Program-made: the position numbers and the translations under genes
In this document: positions 1-8,721 of the stretch, one piece after another
Numbering within the stretch: the stretch's first letter is position 1
Layout of the letters: each line of letters opens with the position of its first letter
The notes under the pieces: model-generated
Seen by the model: the letters and a program-made list of their open reading frames with translations, nothing else
Told to the model about the DNA's origin: nothing
Database searches by the model: none
NCBI GenBank assembly: GCA_046754285.1
Contig: JBHHVJ010000001.1
Location: 5,056-69,055 of the forward strand
Source of the DNA: Myxococcota bacterium
Lineage (GTDB): Bacteria > Myxococcota_A > UBA9160 > SZUA-336
DNA length: 64,000 bases
Direction: 5' to 3'

Positions 1-401
1 CGCCGTTCGTACTGGCCGCCGTCGAGCATGCGCGGAGCGTCGGCGCCACGACGCTCGGCCTGACCTGTGCGCCCGGCTCCGAGCTGGTCCGCCGCGTGGA
101 GGTGCCCATCGTCGTGGTCGTCGGGCCCGAGGCAATCGCCGGCTCCACGCGTCTCAAGGGTGGGCTGGCCCAGAAGATGGTCCTGCAGATGCTCTCCACC
201 ACCGTGATGATCCGCTGCGGGCGCGTCCGCGGAAACCTGATGACGGAGCTGCGGACGCAAAGCGGAAAGCTTCACGAGCGGGCCGTCCGAATCGTGATGG
301 AGCTCACGGGCGCAGAGGCCGCGATCGCGGAGCATGCACTCGAGGAAGCCCGGGGCTCGGTCTCGGGCGCGGTCCAGCGGCTGATCTCCCGGCGCGGCTG
401 A
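1..401 (+). CDS. murQ: N-acetylmuramic acid 6-phosphate etherase, C-terminal part (5' end lies outside the window)
   Basis: Reading frame is open to the window edge. SIS-domain C-terminus 'GPEAIAGSTRLKGGLAQKMVLQMLST' matches the MurQ signature region as I recall it. Confidence 0.75.
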   Translation, partial: PFVLAAVEHARSVGATTLGLTCAPGSELVRRVEVPIVVVVGPEAIAGSTRLKGGLAQKMVLQMLSTTVMIRCGRVRGNLMTELRTQSGKLHERAVRIVMELTGAEAAIAEHALEEARGSVSGAVQRLISRRG

Positions 402-500
402 GCGGACGCCGCACCCAGCCGGGGGGCGCGACGGTCCGGCCCGGGCAAGCTAGCTTTGCGCCCCGTTCGGGCCCCCAGGCCCCAGGTGAGAACACCAGCG

Positions 501-1658
501 ATGCGCCCACGCCCCCACACCCGCCGCCTCGTCGCCAAGCCCGTGCTGCTGCTGCTGACCCTCGCGGCGACACTCGTCGCGCTCGAGGTCGGTCTTCGCC
601 TGTTCTGGGACGGCTTCTACCTGAAGCTCGAGAAGGCGTATGCGACGTACCACCCGACGCGCGGCTGGAAGAACAAGCCGGGGGCCTACGTGCCCTACGG
701 AGAGCCCGAGTTCGCCACCATGGTCCGGCACGACTCCTGGGGATTCCGCAGCCGCGAGCACCCCCTGGAGCGCGTTCCGGGCAAGCTTCGGATCTTCGCC
801 CTGGGTGACTCGTTCACGTACGGGATCGGCGTGGAGAACGACGAGACCTTCTGCGCCCGGCTCGAACAGCTCGACTCCCGGCTCGAGGTCCTCAACGGCG
901 GCGTGAACGGCTACGGAACCTCCCAGGAGCTGCTTCAGCTCAAAGAGGAGGGCCTCGCCTTCCACCCGGATCTGGTTCTGATCGGCTTCTTCTGGAACGA
1001 CGTGGGAAACTCCTACCGGCGCCCAAAGCCCGCCTTCCGGCTCGAAGGCGGCGTGCTACGCTACCCGCCGCCCCCGGACCCAAACGAGGTGCCGCCCCCC
1101 GTGAGGGCGCGCGGGGGCTACCGCAAGGTCATGCGTCACAGCTACGCGTACCGCTTCCTGAGCGACCGGCTCAAGCTCGTGCGCTACCGCGTGAAGATCG
1201 CGCTCGGGATTCCGGTCGAGGCCTCGGACATGCTGGGTACGCACGAGCGCGAGGCCGCCTGGGAGCTCGAGCTCGCGCTGCTCCGCGAGATCGACCGGCT
1301 GGCCCGCGGGGCTGGTGCGCGGACGTTGCTCGTGCTGATCCCCGATCAGGTGCAGGTGGAGCCCGGAATCTGGCCGGCGGGGCTGCGACGGGAAGACTAC
1401 GAGGTGCAGGAACGCATGCAGGCCTTCGCAGCCGCGCAGGGCATCCCCGTCATCGATCTCCTGCCCGCCCTGCGAGCCGAGCGTGGACGCAGCCGCGTCC
1501 CCCTCTACTATCGCAAGGACCGGCATCTCAACGCCCGCGGACACGAGGTCGCCGCCAGGACGATCCTGGCGGGGCTGCGGGACGAGGGCTTCCTGGCGGG
1601 GCTCCACGCACATGGGCGGGCCCTGCCCACTCGGGAAGGAGGGCCGCTCCGGCCATGA
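501..1658 (+). CDS. membrane-anchored SGNH/GDSL-family hydrolase (paralog of 7576..8721)
   Basis: N-terminal hydrophobic helix. Motifs 'LGDSFTYGIGV' (block I Ser), 'GVNGYGTSQEL', 'FFWNDV' and C-terminal 'DRHLNARGH' (block V D..H). ATG 501 chosen; the ORF is open from TTG 456. Confidence 0.8.
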   Translation: MRPRPHTRRLVAKPVLLLLTLAATLVALEVGLRLFWDGFYLKLEKAYATYHPTRGWKNKPGAYVPYGEPEFATMVRHDSWGFRSREHPLERVPGKLRIFALGDSFTYGIGVENDETFCARLEQLDSRLEVLNGGVNGYGTSQELLQLKEEGLAFHPDLVLIGFFWNDVGNSYRRPKPAFRLEGGVLRYPPPPDPNEVPPPVRARGGYRKVMRHSYAYRFLSDRLKLVRYRVKIALGIPVEASDMLGTHEREAAWELELALLREIDRLARGAGARTLLVLIPDQVQVEPGIWPAGLRREDYEVQERMQAFAAAQGIPVIDLLPALRAERGRSRVPLYYRKDRHLNARGHEVAARTILAGLRDEGFLAGLHAHGRALPTREGGPLRP

Positions 1659-2413
1659 GCAACCCACTCGACGAAATCGCGATCAAGCACGGCACGGACA
1701 AGTCGTCCCGGCTGCACGGCTACACCGAGGCCTACCACGCGGTGCTCGGGGAGCTCCGGGACCGCAAGCTCGCGATCCTCGAGATCGGCGTGCTCGGGGG
1801 CTCGTCGCTTCGCATGTGGCAGGAGTTCTTTCCCTACGCCGAGGTCTTCGGCATCGACAAGAACCCCGAGGCGTGCCGGCACGAGTCGGAGCGCGCACGG
1901 ATCTTCATCGGCGATCAGAGCGACCGCGCGTTTCTCGAGGACGTCGCGCGAGAGACCGGACCGCTCGACCTGATCATCGACGACGGCAGCCATCACCCGG
2001 AGCACCAGATCCTGGGCTTCGAGACCCTCTTTCCCCACCTGCGCGACGGCGGCATCTACGTGATCGAGGACCTGCAGTGCTCCTTCCATCCGCGCTACGG
2101 CCCGAACGCGGGTCTCGGCAACCCCGGCAACGCGATCGAGTACCTCAAGAGCCTGCTCGACGTGATCCACGCGGATCCCGAGCACGGCGGCGCGCTCGGC
2201 GACGCGATCACGTCGCACGTGCGCGCGATCCACGTCCACCCCCGGATCGCCTTTCTGTTCAAGGGCGAGCCCGGGACGCGCCCAGCATCAGACACGGGGC
2301 GGGACCGGCGTCGACCCTGGCGTGCACCCCGCGCAAGCCCGCTGCAACGCGTCTGGAACGCCCTGGCCTTTGCCGTCCGCCGGCGGACGCGTCGCTGGCG
2401 TCGCCGACACTGA
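1655..2413 (+). CDS. class I SAM-dependent methyltransferase
   Basis: 'LAILEIGVLGGSSLRMW' glycine-rich SAM loop, 'VFGIDKN' and 'DLIIDDGSH'. ATGA start/stop overlap with the upstream SGNH gene. Confidence 0.75.
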   Translation: MSNPLDEIAIKHGTDKSSRLHGYTEAYHAVLGELRDRKLAILEIGVLGGSSLRMWQEFFPYAEVFGIDKNPEACRHESERARIFIGDQSDRAFLEDVARETGPLDLIIDDGSHHPEHQILGFETLFPHLRDGGIYVIEDLQCSFHPRYGPNAGLGNPGNAIEYLKSLLDVIHADPEHGGALGDAITSHVRAIHVHPRIAFLFKGEPGTRPASDTGRDRRRPWRAPRASPLQRVWNALAFAVRRRTRRWRRRH

Positions 2414-2467
2414 GCTAGCATGGCTGGGGGAGGCCGCGTACAATGCGGCCGGGGTGGGTCGGGACCG

Positions 2468-3544
2468 ATGCGGATCCTTCTGGCCGGAACGAATCATCGC
2501 GCGGAGATCCGCTCCGCGACCATCGTGCACTACGGCTTCGCGCGCGAGCTGCGCGACCGCGGCCACCGGGTCACGCTTCTCCAGGCCGCGAAGCCCGAGC
2601 ATCGCGAGCCCATCGACGGCGTCGAGATGCTCTACACCGCGAACACGCGGAAGAGCCTCTACCCTCTGATCTTCGCGCTGCGCGACCTCTCGCGCTACGA
2701 CGTGATCCACGCCAACGATCAGTCGGGGGCCTACTTCGCGCTGCGGAATCGGGTCCGTCCGCTGCCGCTCGTCGTCGAGTTCCACGCCATGCGGCTGCGC
2801 TACGAGAGCTTCTGGAAGACCAACTGGCGCTGGCGCTACACGGCCCTGGCGGCCTGGTACGCGCCGGCCCTCCTCACGCCGTCGGCCTGGCTCCGTGACG
2901 AGCTGCGTGCCTTCTACGGGCTCGACCCCGCGCGTATGCACGTGATCCCCCACGCGATCAGCGAGTACTGGTTCGAGGCGTACCGGCCCGCGGACTCCGA
3001 GTCCGGAGGCCCGCTCCGCGTCGTGCTCGTCAACATGAAGGGCGTCGACGTTGCGCTCGAGGCCTTCGCACGCGTGGGGCCACGCTACGACGCCCGCTTC
3101 GAGCTCTACGGCGTGCACAAGCAGACGGACGAGTACCGCGCGCTGGCGCACGAGCTGGGCATCGCGGAGCGCGTCGAGTTCCGCGGGTTCGTTCACAACC
3201 GCGAGCTTCCGCAGCGCCTCGCGGGGGCGGACGTGCTGCTCAACCCCACCCGGGCGGACAACTTCCCGCAGATCCTGCTCGAGACGGGCGCGCTCGGCCT
3301 GCCCGCGATCACGACGCCGGTGGGGGGCATCTCCGAGATCGTGCTCGACGACGAGACGGGCCTGCACTGCCCGATCGACGACGTCGACGCGTTCACCGCA
3401 GCCCTGGAGCGCCTGCTCGCCAACGGCTCCCTGCGCGCCCGCATGTCCAAGGCCGCCCGCGAGCGCGCCCTCGCCAACTGGCGCTGGAAGTCCGTCGTCG
3501 ATCGCATCGAGCGGGAGATCTACCGGAAGCTGTGCGCACACTGA
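2468..3544 (+). CDS. GT4-family (GT-B) glycosyltransferase, paralog of 4530..5618
   Basis: 'MRILLAG...' N-terminus. C-terminal 'FPQILLETGALGLPAITTPVGGISEIV' is an E-x7-E type motif. ATG 2468 chosen; the ORF is open from 2420. Confidence 0.85.
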   Translation: MRILLAGTNHRAEIRSATIVHYGFARELRDRGHRVTLLQAAKPEHREPIDGVEMLYTANTRKSLYPLIFALRDLSRYDVIHANDQSGAYFALRNRVRPLPLVVEFHAMRLRYESFWKTNWRWRYTALAAWYAPALLTPSAWLRDELRAFYGLDPARMHVIPHAISEYWFEAYRPADSESGGPLRVVLVNMKGVDVALEAFARVGPRYDARFELYGVHKQTDEYRALAHELGIAERVEFRGFVHNRELPQRLAGADVLLNPTRADNFPQILLETGALGLPAITTPVGGISEIVLDDETGLHCPIDDVDAFTAALERLLANGSLRARMSKAARERALANWRWKSVVDRIEREIYRKLCAH

Positions 3545-3575
3545 ACGGTCGTGGATCTCCGGGGAGGGGTCTGGC

Positions 3576-4514
3576 GTGCTGATCCTCCTGGACAAGTACT
3601 ACTCCAAGTGGCCCGAGGATGGGCTCTCACCCGTGATCTACAATCAGATCCCGACGCTCGCGGACGCGGGCCTCGAGATCCGACACCTCTTCACGGACCT
3701 TTTCCAATCGGCGGACGAGTTCGAGCAGGCGTACACACGTCTGGCCCGGCAGGAAGGCCTCGTGTGGATCTCTTCCGTGATGAGCCCCTGGATCTCCCGA
3801 TCCCTCCTGCGCTGGACGCAGCGTACGGGCATCCGGATCGTTGCCGTGTTCTGGGACGCCATCCGAATCATGGCCCCACACAAGCAGTACAAGATCTACG
3901 AGAAGCATCGCTGGTATCACGACAAGATCCATCGAGCACGTCGCGTGGCCAGCTACGCCGACGTGATCGTGCACTTCGACTGGCCCCTGAGCGCACATCC
4001 CGAGAAGACGATCTTCTTTCCCACCCCGCAGCCGCGCGACATCTTCTTTCCGACCGCAGAGAACGGCAAGACGATCGACGTCTCATTCGTGGGGGACACG
4101 AAGAAGGCCGACCGCGCTCGCTACGTAGAGTCCCTCCCCGGAATCGTGACCACAGGCGGCCGCAATCAGGAGCGAATTCCTCTCGATCGCTACGCGGAGC
4201 TGATCCGGGTTTCCAGGCTGAGCCTGAACATCGTCGATGTTCGCGAGGGGATCGACCAGCTCAACGGCCGATCGTTCGAGGTCGCCCACTCGCGAACCGC
4301 GCTGCTTCAACCGGATGGACCTAGCCTGAGGCGCTTTCTGGAGCCGGGCAAGGAGTTCATCCCACTCGAAGGTCCGGACGATCTACCCAAGAAGGTGCAG
4401 TACTATCTCGAACACGAGGTGGAGCGCGCAGAGATCGCGGCTCGGGCCTGGCGGCGCGTCACTCGGGAGTACAGCGCCGAGCGCCTCTGGGAGCAGATTC
4501 GATCCCGGCTCTGA
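3576..4514 (+). CDS. CgeB-like glycosyltransferase (Glyco_trans_1_2-type C-terminal domain)
   Basis: GTG 3576 lies in frame within the 3051..4514 ORF, just after the previous gene's stop. C-terminus 'LNGRSFEVAHSRTALLQ...GKEFIPLEGPDDLPKKVQYYLEHEVERAEIA' resembles the CgeB/DUF3880 family. Confidence 0.6.
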   Translation: MLILLDKYYSKWPEDGLSPVIYNQIPTLADAGLEIRHLFTDLFQSADEFEQAYTRLARQEGLVWISSVMSPWISRSLLRWTQRTGIRIVAVFWDAIRIMAPHKQYKIYEKHRWYHDKIHRARRVASYADVIVHFDWPLSAHPEKTIFFPTPQPRDIFFPTAENGKTIDVSFVGDTKKADRARYVESLPGIVTTGGRNQERIPLDRYAELIRVSRLSLNIVDVREGIDQLNGRSFEVAHSRTALLQPDGPSLRRFLEPGKEFIPLEGPDDLPKKVQYYLEHEVERAEIAARAWRRVTREYSAERLWEQIRSRL

Positions 4515-4529
4515 CTCTGGGGAGGGGGC

Positions 4530-5618
4530 GTGCGAGTCCTGCTCGTCAGCCGACATCACGGCGCCGAGATCCGTGGGGCGACGGTGGCCACGCACGGCCT
4601 GGTCCGTGCACTCGCCCAGAGAGGCCACGAGGTGACGCTGATCCACAGCGCGCGTCCGGAGCACCGGATGCAGATCGACGGCGTACGGATCCTCTACCAC
4701 CGCACGACGCGCAAGAGTCTCTACCCGATTCTGTATGCATTGCACCGGACCCGCCGGTACGACGTGATCCACACGAACGACGAGTCCGGAGGGGTGCTCG
4801 CGCTCAGATCCCGCGGCTTCCGATTGCCACTCGTCGCACACATCCACGCCAGCCCCACGAAGCCGAGGAGCTTCTGGCAGGCGGGTTGGCGCTGGCGGTA
4901 CATCGAGCTGGCCGTCCGCTACGCGCCGATGCTGATCACCCCCTCGCGTTGGGTCATCGGCGAGCTGGCGACGCGCTACGGACGCGACAAGAGCGTGTTT
5001 CGGGCGATTCCCAACGGAATCGGGGAGCACTGGTTCTCCGCCTCCACGAAGGATCCACCCGCGGGAGACCGAAGACCCCCTCGCATCGTGCTCGTGAACA
5101 TGCAGGGGGTCGAGACGGCCCTGCGCGCCTTCGCTCTCGTGCTCCGGGGTCGCGACGTCGAGCTGGAGCTCTACGGAAGGCACAAGGAGGAGAGTCGGTA
5201 CAGACGGCTCGCCCACGAGCTTGGCGTCGACGCACGCGTCCGGTTCTGCGGATTCGTTCCCAATGCCGAGCTCCCGACGCGGATCGCGGGGGCAGATCTT
5301 CTCCTGCACCCATCCTTGCGTGAGAGCTTCGGTCAGGTTCTCGGGGAGGCCGCGGCGCTGGGGTTGCCCGCGGTGAGCAGCGACGTCGATGCGATTCCGG
5401 AGGTCGTCGAGGACGGACGAACCGGACTGCTGGCTCCTCCCGGAGATGTGGGCGCCTTCGCAACGGCCCTGGCCTCGCTCCTGGACGATCCCGAGCAGCG
5501 TCATCGGATGGGGGCCGTGGCGCGTCAACGTGCGGAGCGCCTCTGGCGCTGGGAGAACGTGGTCGAGAGGCTCGAGAAGGAGGTCTACGGAGCGCTCGTC
5601 CGCGGCCCATCATCCTGA
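4530..5618 (+). CDS. GT4-family glycosyltransferase, paralog of 2468..3544
   Basis: Collinear similarity to 2468..3544, roughly half the residues identical by eye (e.g. 'RKSLYP', 'RYDVIH.ND.SG', 'WRWRY', 'VLVNM.GV'). E-x7-E-like motif 'FGQVLGEAAALGLPAVSSDVDAIPEVV'. Confidence 0.85.
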   Translation: MRVLLVSRHHGAEIRGATVATHGLVRALAQRGHEVTLIHSARPEHRMQIDGVRILYHRTTRKSLYPILYALHRTRRYDVIHTNDESGGVLALRSRGFRLPLVAHIHASPTKPRSFWQAGWRWRYIELAVRYAPMLITPSRWVIGELATRYGRDKSVFRAIPNGIGEHWFSASTKDPPAGDRRPPRIVLVNMQGVETALRAFALVLRGRDVELELYGRHKEESRYRRLAHELGVDARVRFCGFVPNAELPTRIAGADLLLHPSLRESFGQVLGEAAALGLPAVSSDVDAIPEVVEDGRTGLLAPPGDVGAFATALASLLDDPEQRHRMGAVARQRAERLWRWENVVERLEKEVYGALVRGPSS

Positions 5619-6415
5619 GGCTCGGCCGGCGCCGTATTGATGCGCATGACCTCCTTCCAATCGCACCAGTCGTCGTGGAAGTGCCTGCGGGAGATTCGCC
5701 CGGCGTAGACGTCCCAGATGGAGCCCAGATCGATCAGGGTGACGCGCTCTCCGACCTCCACATGAAGCCGATCGATCAGGAGGTTCGTGGTCATTCCGGC
5801 CGAAAAGAGAATCACGTCGTAGCCGGCCCGATGCAGCTCCTCCTGGATCTCCGTCTCGATGCGCCCCCGCGCCAGGAAGCAGTTGAGGGCCGGAATCTCG
5901 ACAAAGCCACCACGAGGAAAGATCTCGGACAGCGGCGCTCGGATGTGACGCGGTCCGACGAAGAGGGGGCGACGCTCACGCAGCGCGTTGACGAACGGAT
6001 TGAAGCGTCCCTCCCAGTGCGCACGCTGAAAGACGTCGGAGTCGAACCACTCGAGATCTAGCGAGCGGCTGCTCAAGAAACGCTGGATCGCTCGGGCGCC
6101 CGGCTCTCTCAACGCACCGGGCTGAAGACCGAGCAGATAGGGCGGCCGACCCTCGAGAACCTGCGAGAGCTCCGTTCGCAGCTCGGGGAAGTATTCGTGG
6201 TCGTCGCAGTTGCGGCCCTCGACCCCGAGAATGCAGTTCCACTCTCCGTCGCCGAAGCGCGAGGCTGCAAAGGGCTCCCCCGTGCGAAGCTTTTCGACGA
6301 AGAGCTCGATGGGCAGCTCTCGGACGCCGAGACGGCGCAGGTTCCTCGCCAGCCGGGCGTCCCGCAACCTCCGCTTGAGGCCTTTACGGAGGGCGCGCAA
6401 GGGATCTGCTCTCAT
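5585..6415 (-). CDS. GT-D type glycosyltransferase (DUF1792-like)
   Basis: 'FAASRFGDGEWNCILG' matches the DUF1792 'RFGDGE' signature as I recall it. High GC3 coding frame. Its 3' end overlaps the convergent GT4 gene by 34 nt. Confidence 0.6.
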   Translation of the reverse strand: MRADPLRALRKGLKRRLRDARLARNLRRLGVRELPIELFVEKLRTGEPFAASRFGDGEWNCILGVEGRNCDDHEYFPELRTELSQVLEGRPPYLLGLQPGALREPGARAIQRFLSSRSLDLEWFDSDVFQRAHWEGRFNPFVNALRERRPLFVGPRHIRAPLSEIFPRGGFVEIPALNCFLARGRIETEIQEELHRAGYDVILFSAGMTTNLLIDRLHVEVGERVTLIDLGSIWDVYAGRISRRHFHDDWCDWKEVMRINTAPAEPQDDGPRTSAP

Positions 6416-6443
6416 GGATCCAGAGCGGGCCTTGAGACCGGTC

Positions 6444-7397
6444 TCATCGACTGGCCTTCCGCGCGAAGTAGATCACCGTATCGCCGCTAGCGAGCAGCGG
6501 TCCGACGAGGGCCACCGGAACGAAGAGCAGCGCGTGCACCAGCCGTCGCGGGGAGCGAAACCAGCGTCGGAGACGCCCGAACGAGTAGCGGATCGGAATC
6601 CGCTCGTGCCGCGTCTCGAGCAGCTCGAACCCCGTCGTTTCCAGGAGCCGCCGCGCGGTTGCGGTCCCGAACTGGAAGAGATGCGCCGGGGGCTCCGGGT
6701 GCCTCCACTGGCCGAGCGGCCGAGCGAGCCGGCGCGAGAGGCGCGGGAACGCGCCGTCGATGTTCGGGGTCTCGAAGACCAGGAGCCCCTTCGGCTTGAG
6801 GATGCGATGTACGGCGGCGAGGGCCGCCTTGGGGTCTGGGAGGTGCTCGATCACGTCCCAGAGCGTGACGACGTCGAAGCTCTCGGGGTCCCAGCCGTCG
6901 TCCTCCAGCTTTCCCGTCCGCACGTCCAGACCGTATCTCTCACGCGCGATCCTCGACGTATCCGCAGAGACCTCCAACCCGCAGACCTCCCAGCCGGCCT
7001 CCCGAGCCACGCGGAGGAAGAAGCCGACGGAGCAGCCGACGTCCAGAAGACGACCCGGCTCCCGCCGCACGCGCAGCAGCTCGAAGTCGTGGCGGGCGAC
7101 ACGGAGCGCCTCTTGGAACTCGCCGGACTCGTCCCGGAGCTCCCCGTGGTAACCCGCCTCGAAGCTATACAGGGACGCGATCTCCCGGGAGGCCGGAGGG
7201 TTCGCGACGTAGACCAGCCCGCACGAGCCGCAGCGACGCAGCTCGTATCCACGCTTGACGTGGACGAGCGTGGAGTCGGTCGCCTCACAGAGCGCGCAGA
7301 TCCGTGCTACCGGGATCTCCCCCGACGGCCCCTCCTCGGCATCACGGTGTGCTCGGCTCGGGCGAGCCGGACGCGGCTGATTGGATTCTCTCGTCAT
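6444..7397 (-). CDS. class I SAM-dependent methyltransferase with N-terminal Cys4 zinc ribbon
   Basis: 'CALCEA...(18 residues)...CGSCGLVYV' zinc ribbon. Motif I 'RLLDVGCSVGFF'. 'FDVVTLWDVIEHL'. Confidence 0.8.
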   Translation of the reverse strand: MTRESNQPRPARPSRAHRDAEEGPSGEIPVARICALCEATDSTLVHVKRGYELRRCGSCGLVYVANPPASREIASLYSFEAGYHGELRDESGEFQEALRVARHDFELLRVRREPGRLLDVGCSVGFFLRVAREAGWEVCGLEVSADTSRIARERYGLDVRTGKLEDDGWDPESFDVVTLWDVIEHLPDPKAALAAVHRILKPKGLLVFETPNIDGAFPRLSRRLARPLGQWRHPEPPAHLFQFGTATARRLLETTGFELLETRHERIPIRYSFGRLRRWFRSPRRLVHALLFVPVALVGPLLASGDTVIYFARKASR

Positions 7398-7575
7398 CTC
7401 CCGAGACGCTGCGCAGAACCGCCGGGGAGGGCTCCTCTACGCCGTGGCGACGTAGTATAGCGCTGCGGAGAGAGCTGCGTTCCGGGATGCTGCGGGGCCG
7501 GAGCCACAGCGAATACGCTGGTTAAGCCCCTCGCGCAGGCACTAGAATCGTTCGACCCGTTCCAGGAGGGACGGC

Positions 7576-8721
7576 ATGAAGGGGGTGAGCCCCTCCCCGA
7601 GGCTCCGCTTGCAGCGGCTCGCGCTGGTGCTGGTGACGCTGCTCAGCGTCGCTGGGACGCTGGAGCTTGGCCTGCGGGCGTCGTGGGAAGGCTACTACCT
7701 CAAGACCCGTCGAATCTACCGACAGCCGCATCGAACACGGGGCTGGGAGAACCTCCCCGGGATCCAGCTGGAGTACGGCAAGCCGGAGTTCGCATTCGCG
7801 GTGCGCCACGACGAGCGTGGTCTGCGGATTCCGGTGGCCGGGCCCCGACCGGGCGATCGACCGTTCCGGATTCTCGTACTCGGGGACTCGTTCGCCTACG
7901 GGATCGGCGTCGAGGAGGAGGAGAGCTTCGTCGCGGGGATCGAGCGGGCCTTTCCGAGGGTCCGGACCTTCAATGCGGGGGTCGCCGGCTATGGGACCTC
8001 GCAGGAGCTCCAGACGCTGCGGGAGCTTGGCCCAGAGCTCGCTCCGGACTTCGTCCTGCTCGCGTTCTTCTGGAACGACGTGCCCACGAGCCTCTACGCG
8101 GACGTTCCGCGCTTCACGCTCGAGGGCGGACAGCTCACGTACCACCCCCCGGGTCCGAACGACGAGCGACCCGTGTTCCATGGCAAGCACGTTCCACCCG
8201 CGATCCTCAACCACAGCTACGCGTATCGATTCCTGAGCGACCGATGGAAGATGCTGCGCCTGCGCGTGGCTCTCCTCGTCGGAGCGGACCGCATCCGCTT
8301 CGAGATGCTCCGGCCCGAGAATCTCGAGCAGGCTTGGGCGTTGGAGAGGGCGCTGCTCGCCGAGATCGCCAGGGAGTGCCGTCGCCAGGGCGCCGGCTTC
8401 CTGTTCGTCGTGATTCCCGATCAGGTGCAGGTCGATCACAACGCGGAGGTGGTCGGGCTTCGACCCGAGGACTACCGCGTGCAGGAGCGGCTGGCGACGA
8501 TCGCTCGGGAGCAGGGCTTCGAGATCCTGGACCTGCTGCCGGGGCTGCGTGACGCCGCCGAGCGCTCCTCGGCGCCCCTCTACTACCGGATCGATCGACA
8601 CCTGACGCCGGCCGGGCATCGGGCAGCGGGGCAGCTGATCGTCGAGGCGCTCCGACCGCGGCTGCGCGCCGCGGGAGCGCTCGAGGCGTTGTCGGTCAGG
8701 AGAACGCGTCCAGACCCGTGA
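7576..8721 (+). CDS. membrane-anchored SGNH/GDSL-family hydrolase (paralog of 501..1658)
   Basis: Same block order as the first copy: 'LGDSFAYGIGV', 'GVAGYGTSQEL', 'FFWNDV', 'HSYAYRFLSDR', 'IPDQVQV', 'DRHLTPAGH'. Confidence 0.8.
   Translation: MKGVSPSPRLRLQRLALVLVTLLSVAGTLELGLRASWEGYYLKTRRIYRQPHRTRGWENLPGIQLEYGKPEFAFAVRHDERGLRIPVAGPRPGDRPFRILVLGDSFAYGIGVEEEESFVAGIERAFPRVRTFNAGVAGYGTSQELQTLRELGPELAPDFVLLAFFWNDVPTSLYADVPRFTLEGGQLTYHPPGPNDERPVFHGKHVPPAILNHSYAYRFLSDRWKMLRLRVALLVGADRIRFEMLRPENLEQAWALERALLAEIARECRRQGAGFLFVVIPDQVQVDHNAEVVGLRPEDYRVQERLATIAREQGFEILDLLPGLRDAAERSSAPLYYRIDRHLTPAGHRAAGQLIVEALRPRLRAAGALEALSVRRTRPDP

Noticed and set aside
447-456. 10-bp palindromes with a GCTAGC core sit just upstream of start codons: AAGCTAGCTT at 447-456 and ATGCTAGCAT at 43025-43034. 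GCTAGC also occurs at 2414-2419 and about 61486-61491. I considered a shared operator.
   Set aside because: There are only two true palindromes. CTAG arises naturally from TAG stop codons in GC-rich flanks. The surrounding sequences share nothing else, so this is too little to call a motif without genome-wide statistics.
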